A stretch of 64,000 bases of DNA, from positions 320,001 through 384,000 of the forward strand of contig CAVPLM010000005.1 of NCBI GenBank assembly GCA_963706025.1, read 5' to 3'. Source of the stretch: an uncultured Actinomycetes bacterium (GTDB taxonomy: Bacteria; Actinomycetota; Thermoleophilia; RBG-16-64-13). A model generated the notes under the pieces. It saw only the letters and a list, made by a program, of their open reading frames with translations. It did not search any database and had not been told where the DNA came from. The position numbers and the translations under genes were made by a program. Shown piece after piece: positions 30,817 to 41,229 of this stretch (the stretch's first letter is position 1; every line of letters begins with the position of its first letter).

Positions 30817-32349
30817 ATGGCCGACATGACCGACGAGAGGCCGGACAAGGCCCAAGCTGTCTACAGCGAGCCGATCGTGGCTCGACTGGGCTCCGGCGCG
30901 GGCGTAGCCCCGCTCAAGCGGGTGGACGCTACCGGCGAGGCAGGCAGCGTCGACTGTGGGGCGCTGGTACGGATCGAGCTGACTCTGGGCGGCGGTGCCG
31001 TTCAGGGAACTCGGTACCAAGCCTACGGTTGTCCTGCGACGATCGCCTGCGCCGGCGAGACCGCCGCCAGGGTCGAGGGGAAGTCGTTCCTGGAGGCCGC
31101 GACGGTGTCGGAGCAGGCGATCGGTGAAGCTCTTGGCCTGGCCCCTGGGCAACTGACGTCGGCTACGCTCGCGCTGGAAGCTCTGCACAGCGCGTTGGGC
31201 AGCGCCGCAGCCTCGATCGAGGAGTTGCACCCCCCCGGACCGAGCGTCGACGAAGGCGGCGTACTGGTGGGGATGAGCGGGGGCGTGGACAGCGCTGTGG
31301 CCGCCATGCTGCTCAAGCACCAGGGATACCGGGTGGTCGGAGTGACTTTGAAGCTGTGGAGCGATCCGTCGTCGACCGACGAGCGGACCTGCTGTTCCCC
31401 GGAGGCGGTGCGGCGGGCGCGACGGACGGCCCACGGCCTTGGCATCCCTCATCTGACGGTGGACGCGTCGGAGGCCTTCTACCGAGAAGTCGTGAGCTAC
31501 TTCGTAGAGCAGTACGGGAAGGGCATGACCCCCAACCCGTGCGCCAAGTGCAATGCACGCGTGCGCATCGGCCTGATGCTGGAGATCGCGGGTCGCCTCG
31601 GACTCTCTCGTATCGCTACCGGGCACTACGCCCGGCTGGGCGGCAGCCCGCCCACTCTTATGCGGGGGGTCGATCGTCTGAAAGACCAGTCCTATGTCCT
31701 GGCAGAGGTATCCCCGGAGATGCTACGCCAGGCGGTCTTCCCTGTCGGCAGTATGACCAAGACAGAGGTCAAGGCCATGGCTTCTGAGGCCGGGCTCGAG
31801 GGTCATGCAGTCCCCGAGAGCCAGGAGATCTGCTTCGTGGCGAACGACGATCACAGACGTTTCTTGTGCGAGCGTCTGGGGGAGCGCCCCGGAATCATCG
31901 TGGATGGAGAAGGCCGGCCTATCGGCCGCCACTCGGGCACTTACAACTTCACCATCGGGCAGCGAAAGGGCTTGGGCATCGCGTCGCCGGTCCCACTGTA
32001 CGTGGTGGCCGTTGATGCCGAACGGGCGCTGGTCGTGGCAGGGCATGCAGAGGAATGTGAGGTGAGAGGGGTCGTCGTCGAGGGCGTGGTCCGGCATCGT
32101 CTTGGGACGACTTTTTCTGGAACCGTCCAGCTGCGTTCGTCCGGCCAAGCGGTTCCGGCGCACGTAGGAGGGGAAGAAGGGGCCCCCGGGGCGGTGCTCC
32201 ATGATGATCAGGTGTCGATCATCCTGGACGAACCCGTATGCGGCGTCGCTGCCGGGCAGACGGCTGTGATGTACGATGGAGACGTCGTGACGTTGGCCGG
32301 GACCATCCGGTCCACTGCGCGCCGGGTCCGTGGAGAGCGGGGCCTCTAG
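30817..32349 (+). CDS. mnmA: IscU/NifU-N domain fused to tRNA 2-thiouridylase MnmA
   Basis: N-terminal GSVDCGA...YGCPATIA. MnmA motifs MSGGVDS, PNPCAKCN, ATGHY, KDQSY, ESQEICF, TIGQRKG. Confidence 0.9.
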   Translation: MADMTDERPDKAQAVYSEPIVARLGSGAGVAPLKRVDATGEAGSVDCGALVRIELTLGGGAVQGTRYQAYGCPATIACAGETAARVEGKSFLEAATVSEQAIGEALGLAPGQLTSATLALEALHSALGSAAASIEELHPPGPSVDEGGVLVGMSGGVDSAVAAMLLKHQGYRVVGVTLKLWSDPSSTDERTCCSPEAVRRARRTAHGLGIPHLTVDASEAFYREVVSYFVEQYGKGMTPNPCAKCNARVRIGLMLEIAGRLGLSRIATGHYARLGGSPPTLMRGVDRLKDQSYVLAEVSPEMLRQAVFPVGSMTKTEVKAMASEAGLEGHAVPESQEICFVANDDHRRFLCERLGERPGIIVDGEGRPIGRHSGTYNFTIGQRKGLGIASPVPLYVVAVDAERALVVAGHAEECEVRGVVVEGVVRHRLGTTFSGTVQLRSSGQAVPAHVGGEEGAPGAVLHDDQVSIILDEPVCGVAAGQTAVMYDGDVVTLAGTIRSTARRVRGERGL

Positions 32350-32370
32350 AGTCGGCCGGCACCGGGCCTA

Positions 32371-32410
32371 TGGTATAGTTTTGACGTTTATAGCGGCTAG
32401 AAAGGGGCAG
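32371..32410 (+). promoter_or_regulatory. Extended -10 (TGGTATAGT) plus possible SigB-type GTTT-N15-GGGCAG
   Basis: Motif match only. The GGG tract also serves as RBS. Confidence 0.4.
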
Positions 32411-32413
32411 ACA

Positions 32414-32788
32414 ATGGAATGGGATGCCGAAGCTTTCATGTATATCGCCATTGGCGTCTTCTTCCTCCTCTTCGGAGTGGGGCTCTTTTGGGCGCTTTTT
32501 CGTCTTGCCTCTACGTTTCAGCGTTTGAACAGCACATTGGCCGACGTCAACACGCAAGTGATCCCCCTATTGACGCGGGTGGAGAGCACTCTTGACGGTG
32601 TCAACTCCGAGCTCGGCAAGATCGATGAGATCACCGGTTCGGCGGCCGTGATGGCGAAGACGGCTGAGAACACCACCACCGCGGTCTACGGTATCGTCGC
32701 TACGCCCCTAAAGAAGGTGGCGGGTGTGGCTGCTGGGGTCTATGAAGGAGTGGGGACGTTTGTGTTCGGAAAAGGTAAGGAGGCCTGA
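32414..32788 (+). CDS. DUF948 (YtxG/YoxC-like) membrane-anchored stress protein
   Basis: N-terminal TM helix plus coiled coil, upstream of a YtxH-like gene. Confidence 0.75.
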   Translation: MEWDAEAFMYIAIGVFFLLFGVGLFWALFRLASTFQRLNSTLADVNTQVIPLLTRVESTLDGVNSELGKIDEITGSAAVMAKTAENTTTAVYGIVATPLKKVAGVAAGVYEGVGTFVFGKGKEA

Positions 32789-33045
32789 TGGGCGCGTGTC
32801 GTTCTCTGTTCGTCCTGACCGTCGGCGCAGCAATAGGGGGAGCACTGTTCCTGGCCTACAAGGTGTCCCAGGAGAGCGGGAAGAGCTTCCCGGAGGCGCT
32901 GGCCGACGTTCCGGGCGAAGCTCAACGCCTGTTCTCCGATGTGCGAGGACGGGCCGAAGAAGCCTTTGCGCGGGGCCGCGAGGCCTACTATTCGAAGCAG
33001 TCGGAGATCGCGGAGAATCTGCAGGGCGCTGCGCAGGCCGAATAG
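32788..33045 (+). CDS. YtxH-like protein
   Basis: Gly-rich hydrophobic N-terminus (VGAAIGGALF) then an amphipathic helix. Confidence 0.6.
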   Translation: MGACRSLFVLTVGAAIGGALFLAYKVSQESGKSFPEALADVPGEAQRLFSDVRGRAEEAFARGREAYYSKQSEIAENLQGAAQAE

Positions 33046-33065
33046 AGAGGCTGGCCCTAACAGGC

Positions 33066-33470
33066 GTGAGCGGCCCTTCGGACATCGCAGTCCTACGTAC
33101 TATCAGGGGTTCTCTTGCGCTGCCGCTCCTGCGGGTCTTCATCAGTGGTTTCGCCTCCCGTCATGACCTTTCGGTCGACCGGCTGGACGACATCCAGCTT
33201 GCGGTGGAGTCGCTGGTGGCCGACGAACCCGAAGACGGAGGCGACCTGGAGCTCGAGATCTTCGCGGATGGCGGCAGACTGACCTTGCGTCTCGACGGCC
33301 TCCTCAACCAATGCCTCAAAGCCGCCCTCTCGGCGACCGATGCCTTTCGCCCCCGCCACGGGTGTCCCTTGGATGTGCGCATGCTCCTCGATTCGTTGGT
33401 GGATGACTACCGGGTCGTGGACGAGAGTGCCGAGTCTTTTGCTGTCGAGATGGTGAAGCGGGCGTCTTAG
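33066..33470 (+). CDS. RsbW-like anti-sigma factor with degenerate HATPase motifs
   Basis: RLDDIQLAVE and LLDSLVD resemble RsbW. Directly upstream of a SigB-type sigma. Confidence 0.7.
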   Translation: MSGPSDIAVLRTIRGSLALPLLRVFISGFASRHDLSVDRLDDIQLAVESLVADEPEDGGDLELEIFADGGRLTLRLDGLLNQCLKAALSATDAFRPRHGCPLDVRMLLDSLVDDYRVVDESAESFAVEMVKRAS

Positions 33471-34319
33471 GTGCAGGCATCGGGATCAGGGTATGGGCGC
33501 AGCCGGCCGCTGACCGCGTCTGGCCGTCATGGAGAGAGAATGGTGGATCTCCCGGAGCGGGAACTTCTGCTTCGGGTTCGGAGGGATGGAGATACGCTCG
33601 CTCGTGAGGAGCTCATAACCCGCTACCTTCCATTGGTCAAGAGCCTCGCCCGCCGCTTCGCGTCGCGTGGTCAACCGGTAGAGGATCTTATCCAGGTGGG
33701 GTCGATAGGGCTCATCAAAGCCATCGACCGTTTTGATCTGGACAGAGGGGTCGAGCTCTCCACCTATGCGACGCCGACCATCCTGGGGGAGATCAAGCGT
33801 TACTTCCGGGACAAGGGCTGGGCGGTCAAGGTCCCGAGGGCTTTGCAGGACCTGAACGTTCGTCTGAACCGGGTGGTGGAACAACTTACGGTGGAACTGC
33901 GACGTTCGCCGACCATAGGAGAATTGGCGGCAGCGGTAGAGGTGACCGAGGAGCAAGTCGTCGAGGCTCTGGAGAGTGGTAGGGCCTACAGTTCGGTCTC
34001 TATCTTCTCGGGCGGCACCAACGAAGAAGACGAATCCCTCGAACTGCTCGACTGCCTGGGCACCGAGGAGGAGGCGTACGAGATCTTCGAGCAACGGCGC
34101 GTGCTGGCTCCGGCGATGGGACGGCTGGATCCGCGCGAGCGCCTGATCCTGCATCTGCGGTTCTTCGAAGGTAGGACTCAGACCGAGATAGCGACTCGGA
34201 TCGGGATATCTCAGATGCACGTGTCGCGGCTCATACGGAATTCAATCGAGGATCTCCGCTCGTATATGGCGGAGGAAGAGAGCATGGCAGGATCGTCCGC
34301 GGGCAGAGACAAGGACTGA
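33471..34319 (+). CDS. SigB/SigF/SigG family sigma factor
   Basis: DLIQVGSIGLIKAIDRFD, YATPTILGEIKRYFRDKGW, ISQMHVSRL. Start may be ATG 33540. Confidence 0.95.
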   Translation: MQASGSGYGRSRPLTASGRHGERMVDLPERELLLRVRRDGDTLAREELITRYLPLVKSLARRFASRGQPVEDLIQVGSIGLIKAIDRFDLDRGVELSTYATPTILGEIKRYFRDKGWAVKVPRALQDLNVRLNRVVEQLTVELRRSPTIGELAAAVEVTEEQVVEALESGRAYSSVSIFSGGTNEEDESLELLDCLGTEEEAYEIFEQRRVLAPAMGRLDPRERLILHLRFFEGRTQTEIATRIGISQMHVSRLIRNSIEDLRSYMAEEESMAGSSAGRDKD

Positions 34320-34322
34320 ATC

Positions 34323-36940
34323 GTGAAGTCGGCTGAACTACGCAGGATGTATCTGGACTACTTCCTCGAGCGGGATCATTTGGTGATCCCCGGCTCCTCG
34401 CTGGTCCCGTACAAGGACCCCTCCGTGCTTCTGACCACTGCCGGGATGCAGCCGCTCAAACCCTACTTCATGGGCCTGGCAGAGCCGCCCAGCAGTCGTC
34501 TGGCCAGCGTCCAGAAGTGCTTCCGGACCTCGGACATCGATCGCGTGGGTCTGACGGCCCGCCACTGCACCTTCTTCGAGATGCTGGGCAACTTCTCGAT
34601 CGGCGACTACTTCAAAGAAGGGGCGATCCGTTTCGCCTGGGAGTACTCTCTCGACTACCTGCGACTCGAGCCGGAGCGGATCTGGATCTCCTATTTCGAG
34701 GGCGATGAGACGATCGAGGCCGACGAGGAGGCAATGCAGGTTTGGAGTGCCCTGGGGGTCCCCGCGGATAGGATGGTGGGTCTTCCCCGGAGTGCAAACT
34801 TCTGGGGCCCAGTGGGGCCCACCGGACCCTGCGGGCCCTGTTCTGAGCTGTACTACGATCGAGGGCCCGAACACGGCTGCTCCGACCCAGATTGTCGTCC
34901 GGGCTGCGAGTGCGACCGCTACGTGGAGTACTGGAATCTGGTCTTCACCGGCTACAACATGGACGAAAACCGGCGTCTGTCGCCGCTACCGGCCCAGAAC
35001 ATCGACACGGGGATGGGATTAGAGCGGGTGGCCGCCATCATGCAAGGGGTCTCATCGGTTTTCCTCACCGATCTTCTGAAACCCCTGATAGAGCTGGGGG
35101 AAGAAGTGGCGACCAAGCGGTTCGGCGATGACGAGAAGGTCGATGTGGCTCTGCGGGTTCTGGCCGATCACTCCCGGGCCATGACCTTCCTGGTAGCCGA
35201 TGGCGTCCTTCCGAGCAACGAGGGCCGGGGATACGTCTTGAGACGGGTCATCCGACGGGCGGCCCGTTTCAGTCGATCGGCCGGTATGGAACCCCCGCTC
35301 CTTCGGCGTTTCGCGGCCCGCACCATCGAGCTCATGGGCGGGGTCTACCCGGAACTGGGCGAACGGCGGGACACCATCTTGCGCGTGGTCCACTCGGAGG
35401 AAGAGCGTTTCAACCGCACGCTCGATCAGGGACTGGTGTTGGTGGAAGAGGCGATCGCCAGGGCGAAAGACGAAGGTGCGAGCGTCTTCCCCGCGGCGGT
35501 AGCGTTCCAGCTGCACGATACCTACGGATTCCCTGTCGAAGTGACTCGGGAGCTGGTCGAAGAGCAGGGTCTTAGTTTGAACCTCGGGGAGTTCGAGACA
35601 GCCATGGAAGACCAGCGGAACCGCGCTCGAGAGGCCCACAAAGGCGGGGGAGCCTATCAGGATGTCATCGCGCGGTTCGCTCGGGAGACGGTTCACCCGA
35701 CTGAGTTCAAAGGATACGAACACGAGGACCTCTACACGGTGGTCGAAAGGATCGAAGCCCTCGACGACGGCCGAGTGCTGGTGGCGTTGCGAGAGAGCCC
35801 CTTCTATGCGGAGATGGGGGGGCAGACCGCGGACACGGGCCTGATCGAGTCCGAGACCGGCGAGGCCGAGGTGGTGGACGTGCAGTCCCATGGACAGGTC
35901 CAGGTCATAGTGGCCCGTGTGCTTGAGGGGAGGATCGAGGCGAACACCCGGGTGAAGGCCGTCCTATCTTCAAGCCACCGTCACGACGTGGCGGCCAATC
36001 ACACGGCTACTCATCTGCTTCACTATGCCCTCCGGGCTCGCCTGGGCAAAGACGTCACCCAGGCCGGTTCCTCCGTGCGGGCCGACAAGCTCCGCTTCGA
36101 CTTTGCCTACCATGAGCCGCTTGGAGCGAAGCGCCTTGGGGAGATCGAGGACCTCGTCAATCGGCGCATCGTCGAGAACCATCCTGTGCGGGCTTTCACG
36201 ACCAGCCTGGAGCACGCCCGCGATCTGGGAGCAGTCGCACTCTTCGGCGAGAAATACGGAGAATTCGTGCGGGTCGTGGAGGTCGACGATTTCAGTCGCG
36301 AGCTCTGTGGGGGTACACACGTGGGTGGTACCAGCGAGCTGGGGATCTTCAAGATCGTATCCGAAGGCAGCGTGGGGGCCAATGTGCGCCGGATCGAGGC
36401 CTTATCCGGACGGGCGGCGGTGGCCTATTACCGGGGGCGGGATGCCCTGGTGGCGGAGACGGCCGGTGCGCTCGGCGCTACTGAAGACCAGCTGCCGGCT
36501 TCGGTGGTCAAGCTGCAGGCGAGAGTGGAGGCGCTGGAGGCGGAGGTCAAGCACCTCCTCTCCCGTACGACCGTGGACGTAGTGGGCTCCCTGGTCGATA
36601 GCGCCGAGAAGCGGGATGGAGTCTCTCTTGTCACGGGGGTAGTGGAAGCCAGAGACATGGACCATATGCTTTCGTTGGTCGACCGGGTCCGAGATCGTAT
36701 CCAACCTGGCGTAGTGGCTCTCGGCGCCGATCTGCAGGGCAAAGCAACCTTGGTGGTCAGTGTCAGCCAGGGGCTAGATAGTGTCGACGCCGGTCAGATC
36801 GTCAAAGGCTCCGCTCGCGAGTTCCAGGGCGGTGGTGGAGGCACCCGGCAGTTGGGTCGCGGGGGGGAGGGGATCCCACGAAGCTCCCGGAAGCGGTGGC
36901 GGCTGCGCGCGATGCCGTGCTGGCCGCCCTTGGTGGGTGA
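34323..36940 (+). CDS. alaS: Alanine-tRNA ligase (apparent missing G at run 36861-36867)
   Basis: TAGMQP, FFEMLGNFS, GPCGPCSE, HTATHLL, ELCGGTH. The corrected frame ends at TGA 36938-36940, abutting the ruvX ATG. Confidence 0.96.
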
Positions 36941-37345
36941 ATGCGCGTACTGGGAGTGGATCTGGGGCGCTCCCGAACCGGGCTTGCCTTGTCCGATCCC
37001 CACGAGGTGGCGTGCTCGCCGCTGGAAGTCCTGGAGGAACGAAACGAGGAACAACTGCTTCAGAAGATCATGCAGGTGGCTGAGGAACACGACGTGGCCC
37101 AGATCGTAGTGGGGCTGCCCCGACCCTTGTCGGGCGGGACCAATCCTCAGTACGAGGGCGTCCTGGTGTTCGTGGAAGCCTTGACGGGACGTTCGCCGGT
37201 GCCCGTCGTCACCTGGGACGAGCGGTTCACTTCGAAGCTGGCGGAAAGGGGAAGGAGCAGGAGACGCCCGCAGGACTCCGTAGCCGCCTGCTACATTCTG
37301 CAGAGCTATCTGGACTCTCGAGCAAGCCGGAGGAGAGACGAATGA
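36941..37345 (+). CDS. ruvX: YqgF/RuvX nuclease
   Basis: LGVDLG, VVGLP, WDERFTS, DSVAA. Confidence 0.93.
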   Translation: MRVLGVDLGRSRTGLALSDPHEVACSPLEVLEERNEEQLLQKIMQVAEEHDVAQIVVGLPRPLSGGTNPQYEGVLVFVEALTGRSPVPVVTWDERFTSKLAERGRSRRRPQDSVAACYILQSYLDSRASRRRDE

Positions 37346-38476
37346 GCTATCCCTCACGACCACCGTCCTCGCAGTGGCCATCGGGTCCGGGCGTTAGCGG
37401 CGATCCCTGGGGGCCCGGTGACCGCCGGCGCAGACGATGGATCACCCGGATCCTCATCGTTATCGCTTTCGTCGCGAGCATCTCCATCGTGGCTTATGTC
37501 GTCGACAGAGGGGTCAGTTGGGTGCAGGAGCGATCCACGACCAGCACCACTCAGGCGGCGGAGAACCCGACGATCAGAGTGGTCATCTCCTCCGGAATGA
37601 CGGCCACGCAGGTGGGGAAAGTACTGGAGGAGGAAGGGGTGATAGAGTCCTCCTCGGCCTTCGTCGACCTTGTCAAGTCGCGAGGAAGCGAAGGCAAATT
37701 GCGTCCGGGTACCTACCGGTTCGCGAGTGACTTGGAGTTGATCGAGGTCGTCGACGCGCTGGAGAGGGGCGAAGGGCTCGAGCAGTTTTAGGCTGACCAT
37801 TCCCGAGGGTCTGGCCATCAGCCAGACGGCGGAATTGCTGGATGAGGAGGGGACCATCAACGGCGACGACTACGCCGATCTGGCGTCAAAGCCGGAGGAG
37901 TTCGTCGTCCCCGCCGTCGGGGGTGAGGTACCCGAGGTTACGACTTTGGAGGGTCTGCTGTTTCCCAGTACCTACTTCTTACTCATCGGAGACGGCGCCA
38001 CGGAGTTGATCGGCGCTCAACTGGCCGCCTTCGAGGCGAAAACGGCTTCGCTTCCGTGGGAGAAGGCGGAGGCTCTCGGGCTCACCCCGTATGAGGTCGT
38101 CGTCGTGGCCTCTTTGATCGAGAAGGAGGCAAGCATCGCCAAGGAGAGGCCGCTGATCTCGGCTGTGATCCGTAACCGGATCAAGGAAGATATGACCCTG
38201 GGCATCGACGCCACCGTGCGCTATGCGGTCGACAAGTGGACGGGACCCCTGACCAGTGAGGACCTGGAGGTCGACTCGCCCTATAACACCCGCATCTTCA
38301 AGGGTCTTCCGCCGACCCCCATTTGCAGTCCGGGCGTGGACGCCCTGCGCGCTGCTCTGGAGCCGGCCGCAGTGGACTATCTCTACTACGTTCTTGAAGA
38401 TACGGACGGCAATCACTTCTTCACCGCGGACTACGAGGAATTTCTCCAGGCCAAGGAGAACGCCCCTTCCCAGTAG
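37342..38476 (+). CDS. mltG: Endolytic transglycosylase MltG (apparent extra T at 37786-37789)
   Basis: TM anchor. The corrected junction reads EQFRLTIPEGL. LEGLLFPSTY, ASLIEKE, SPYNT, GLPPTPI. Confidence 0.92.
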
Positions 38477-38590
38477 CCGCGGCCCCTTGGGGGCACGGAC
38501 CAGTCTCTTACTTAGGTCATAGGCCGCATCCCTCCAGGGTGCGCTAGTCTGTGCGTATGAGGCACCGACCATCGCCGGAGGTGATATCCC

Positions 38591-39457
38591 ATGGAAGCGA
38601 GATCTCTCGATGTCACGGCCCGCACCGGCCTGGTGGCCGTGCTGGGTCATCCAGTGACCCATTCTCTATCTCCCCGGATGCACAATGCTGCCTTTCGCGC
38701 GCACAACATCGACATGGTCTACCTGGCCTTCGACGTGTATCCCGACCGGCTGAGACAGGCCGTGGAGGGCCTAAGGGCCTTCGGGATGAGAGGGGCGAAC
38801 GTCACTCTGCCTCACAAGGAGGAAGTGGTCCCCCTGTTGGATGTAGTGGATCCGCGGGCAGCGCGCCTGGGGGCGGTGAACACGATCGTCAACGATCAAG
38901 GCAGTCTGGTCGGCTACAACACGGACGTGGCCGGATTCCTGGCGGCCTTGCGTACGATCCGCGCAGAAGGCGCCCGCGACCTTCGTTGTCTCGTCGTGGG
39001 CGCCGGGGGGGCGGCTCGAGCGGTCGTGGCGGCCTTGAGCGAGGACCGCGCGGCCGAGATACTGATCCACAACCGCACTCAGGAGCGTTCGGTCTCGCTT
39101 CGTGAGTCGGCGCGACTCTGGGGCGAGTCTCGCTGTGAAGTGGTGGCCGCCGCCGACCTGAGGGCCGTAGCCCGAGGCGCCGACCTGGTGGTCAACGCAA
39201 CCTCCGTGGGCCTTCCTCCTTCGGTCAAGGAGTCGGCCGTTCCTGTCGATATTCTGGACAGCCACCACCTGGTGATGGATGTGGTCTACAGCCCGCACTC
39301 CACCACTCTGGTGGCCACGGCCGCGGCAAGAGGCGCGATTGCTCTCGATGGCAGAGAGATGCTGGTGATGCAGGCGGCCGATTCGTATCGCCTGTGGACC
39401 GGCCTCGAGCCGCCCGTGGAGGCGATGCGGGAGAGTCTCGATCGGCACGAAAGGTGA
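38591..39457 (+). CDS. aroE: Shikimate dehydrogenase
   Basis: HSLSPRMHN, NVTLPHK, GAVNT, NTD, GAGGAA. Confidence 0.95.
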   Translation: MEARSLDVTARTGLVAVLGHPVTHSLSPRMHNAAFRAHNIDMVYLAFDVYPDRLRQAVEGLRAFGMRGANVTLPHKEEVVPLLDVVDPRAARLGAVNTIVNDQGSLVGYNTDVAGFLAALRTIRAEGARDLRCLVVGAGGAARAVVAALSEDRAAEILIHNRTQERSVSLRESARLWGESRCEVVAAADLRAVARGADLVVNATSVGLPPSVKESAVPVDILDSHHLVMDVVYSPHSTTLVATAAARGAIALDGREMLVMQAADSYRLWTGLEPPVEAMRESLDRHER

Positions 39458-41194
39458 ATGGAACCCATGCAGGCAGCCAGAGAGGAGAACCCCGAGCAGA
39501 AGCTGGTAGGCAAGCGGGTCGGGGAAGTGTTCGTCGAGATGGGCCTGCTCACTCAGGAACAGATCGATCAGATCCTTGCCGAGAAGCACGTCTCTCATCT
39601 TCGCATCGGTGACATAGCCGTTGCTCGCGGCTGGGTGACCAAGAACGACCTCATGGAGGCGCTCTCGCGGCGTCTGGGCATCAAGTATCTGGATCTGGGC
39701 AGTATCAAGATCGATCCGGTCGCCTCCGACCTCATCTCGGAGAAAGACGCTCGTCGCTACTCCGCCATCCCCGTCAGCTTCGTCGACGAGCACACGCTGC
39801 TCGTGGCTATGGCCGATCCCTCCAACATCGTCGCCATCGACGACCTGAGGATCCTCACGGGTTTCGACATAGAACCGGCCATCTCCAGCAGCGAAGACAT
39901 CGTCGCGATGCTGGGCAAGATGAGGCGCGCGGACGAGCAGATCTCGGAGCACCTGGGAGGCAGGGGGCACGATTCCGAAGACGAGCCCAGCCTGGACGAG
40001 CTACGCGACATCAGGGAACAGGTCGATGCCGCCCCGGTCGTCAAGCTCGTGAATGGGGTGCTGGCCCGAGCGGCCGACGAGGGAGCTTCCGACGTCCATT
40101 TCGAGCCCCAGGCGAAAGAGCTGCTCATCAGATTCCGGCACGACGGTGTGCTCCACGAGATCATGACCATCCCCAAGCGGCTTCAGGCCGGAGTGGTGTC
40201 GCGCCTCAAGATCATGGCCGACCTGGACATCGCTGAACGCCGGGTACCGCAGGATGGGCGGATCGGGCTCACGGTGGGGGGTAGGCCGATCGACATGAGA
40301 GTGGCCTCTCTGCCCACGGTCTACGGGGAGAAGATCGTCATACGGTTGCTGGATCGATCGAACGTGATGCTGCGTCTCGAGGAACTGGGGTTCTCCGACG
40401 CTGCCCTGGCCCGCTACAAGCGTTCTTTCATGAAGCCGTACGGCGCCGTGATGGTCACCGGGCCCACCGGCTCGGGGAAGTCGACGACGCTATACGGCAC
40501 GCTCAACATCCTGAACACGCCGGAAAAGAACATCATCACAGTCGAAGACCCGGTGGAATACCGGCTGGCGGGGATCAATCAGGTACAGATCAACCCCAAG
40601 GCCGGCCTGACGTTCGCCTCCGGGCTGCGCTCTATCCTGCGCTGCGACCCCGACATCATCATGGTAGGCGAGATCCGGGACAGGGAAACGGCGCTGATAG
40701 CTATCGAGTCGGCTTTGACCGGGCACCTCGTGCTCTCCACTCTCCACACCAACAATGCCCCAGGCGCGCTATCCCGGTTGACGGAAATGGGGGTCGAGCC
40801 CTTTCTCACCGCTTCGGCGGTCGATTGCGTCATCGCCCAGCGGCTGGTGCGGCGCCTCTGCGAGCATTGTCGCGAGGAGTACAAACCCACTCAGGAGATG
40901 CTGGAGCGGCTTGAGTTCCCCGAGGAAGCGGTAAAGAACTGGAAGGGAATCACGCTCTATCGAGCGACAGGCTGCAGCCGCTGCAGCACGACTGGATACA
41001 AGGGCCGGCTCGGCATCTACGAGATCATGCCGGTAAGCGAGGCAATAGAAAGACTCATTGTCGAGCGCAAGAGTGCCGATGAGATAGGGCGGGTGGCGCA
41101 TGCAGAAGGCATGGGCACCCTCCGGGAAGACGGCCTCGAGCGCGTGCTCCAGGGTTTGACGAGCATAGAGGAGATCTCCCGGGTCATCGTGTAG
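39458..41194 (+). CDS. pilB: Type IV pilus assembly ATPase with N-terminal MshEN-like domain
   Basis: GPTGSGKS, TVEDPVE, GEIRD, TLHTN, CEHC/CSRC zinc site. Confidence 0.94.
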   Translation: MEPMQAAREENPEQKLVGKRVGEVFVEMGLLTQEQIDQILAEKHVSHLRIGDIAVARGWVTKNDLMEALSRRLGIKYLDLGSIKIDPVASDLISEKDARRYSAIPVSFVDEHTLLVAMADPSNIVAIDDLRILTGFDIEPAISSSEDIVAMLGKMRRADEQISEHLGGRGHDSEDEPSLDELRDIREQVDAAPVVKLVNGVLARAADEGASDVHFEPQAKELLIRFRHDGVLHEIMTIPKRLQAGVVSRLKIMADLDIAERRVPQDGRIGLTVGGRPIDMRVASLPTVYGEKIVIRLLDRSNVMLRLEELGFSDAALARYKRSFMKPYGAVMVTGPTGSGKSTTLYGTLNILNTPEKNIITVEDPVEYRLAGINQVQINPKAGLTFASGLRSILRCDPDIIMVGEIRDRETALIAIESALTGHLVLSTLHTNNAPGALSRLTEMGVEPFLTASAVDCVIAQRLVRRLCEHCREEYKPTQEMLERLEFPEEAVKNWKGITLYRATGCSRCSTTGYKGRLGIYEIMPVSEAIERLIVERKSADEIGRVAHAEGMGTLREDGLERVLQGLTSIEEISRVIV

Positions 41195-41229
41195 GGTCGA
41201 TCAAGCACTCGGCGTAAGGGGCTGGGGCC

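Noticed and set aside
33471-34319. This sigma factor as the WhiG partner of RsiG
   Set aside because: Motifs (GEIKRYFRDKGW, SQMHVSRL) are SigB/F type, not FliA/WhiG
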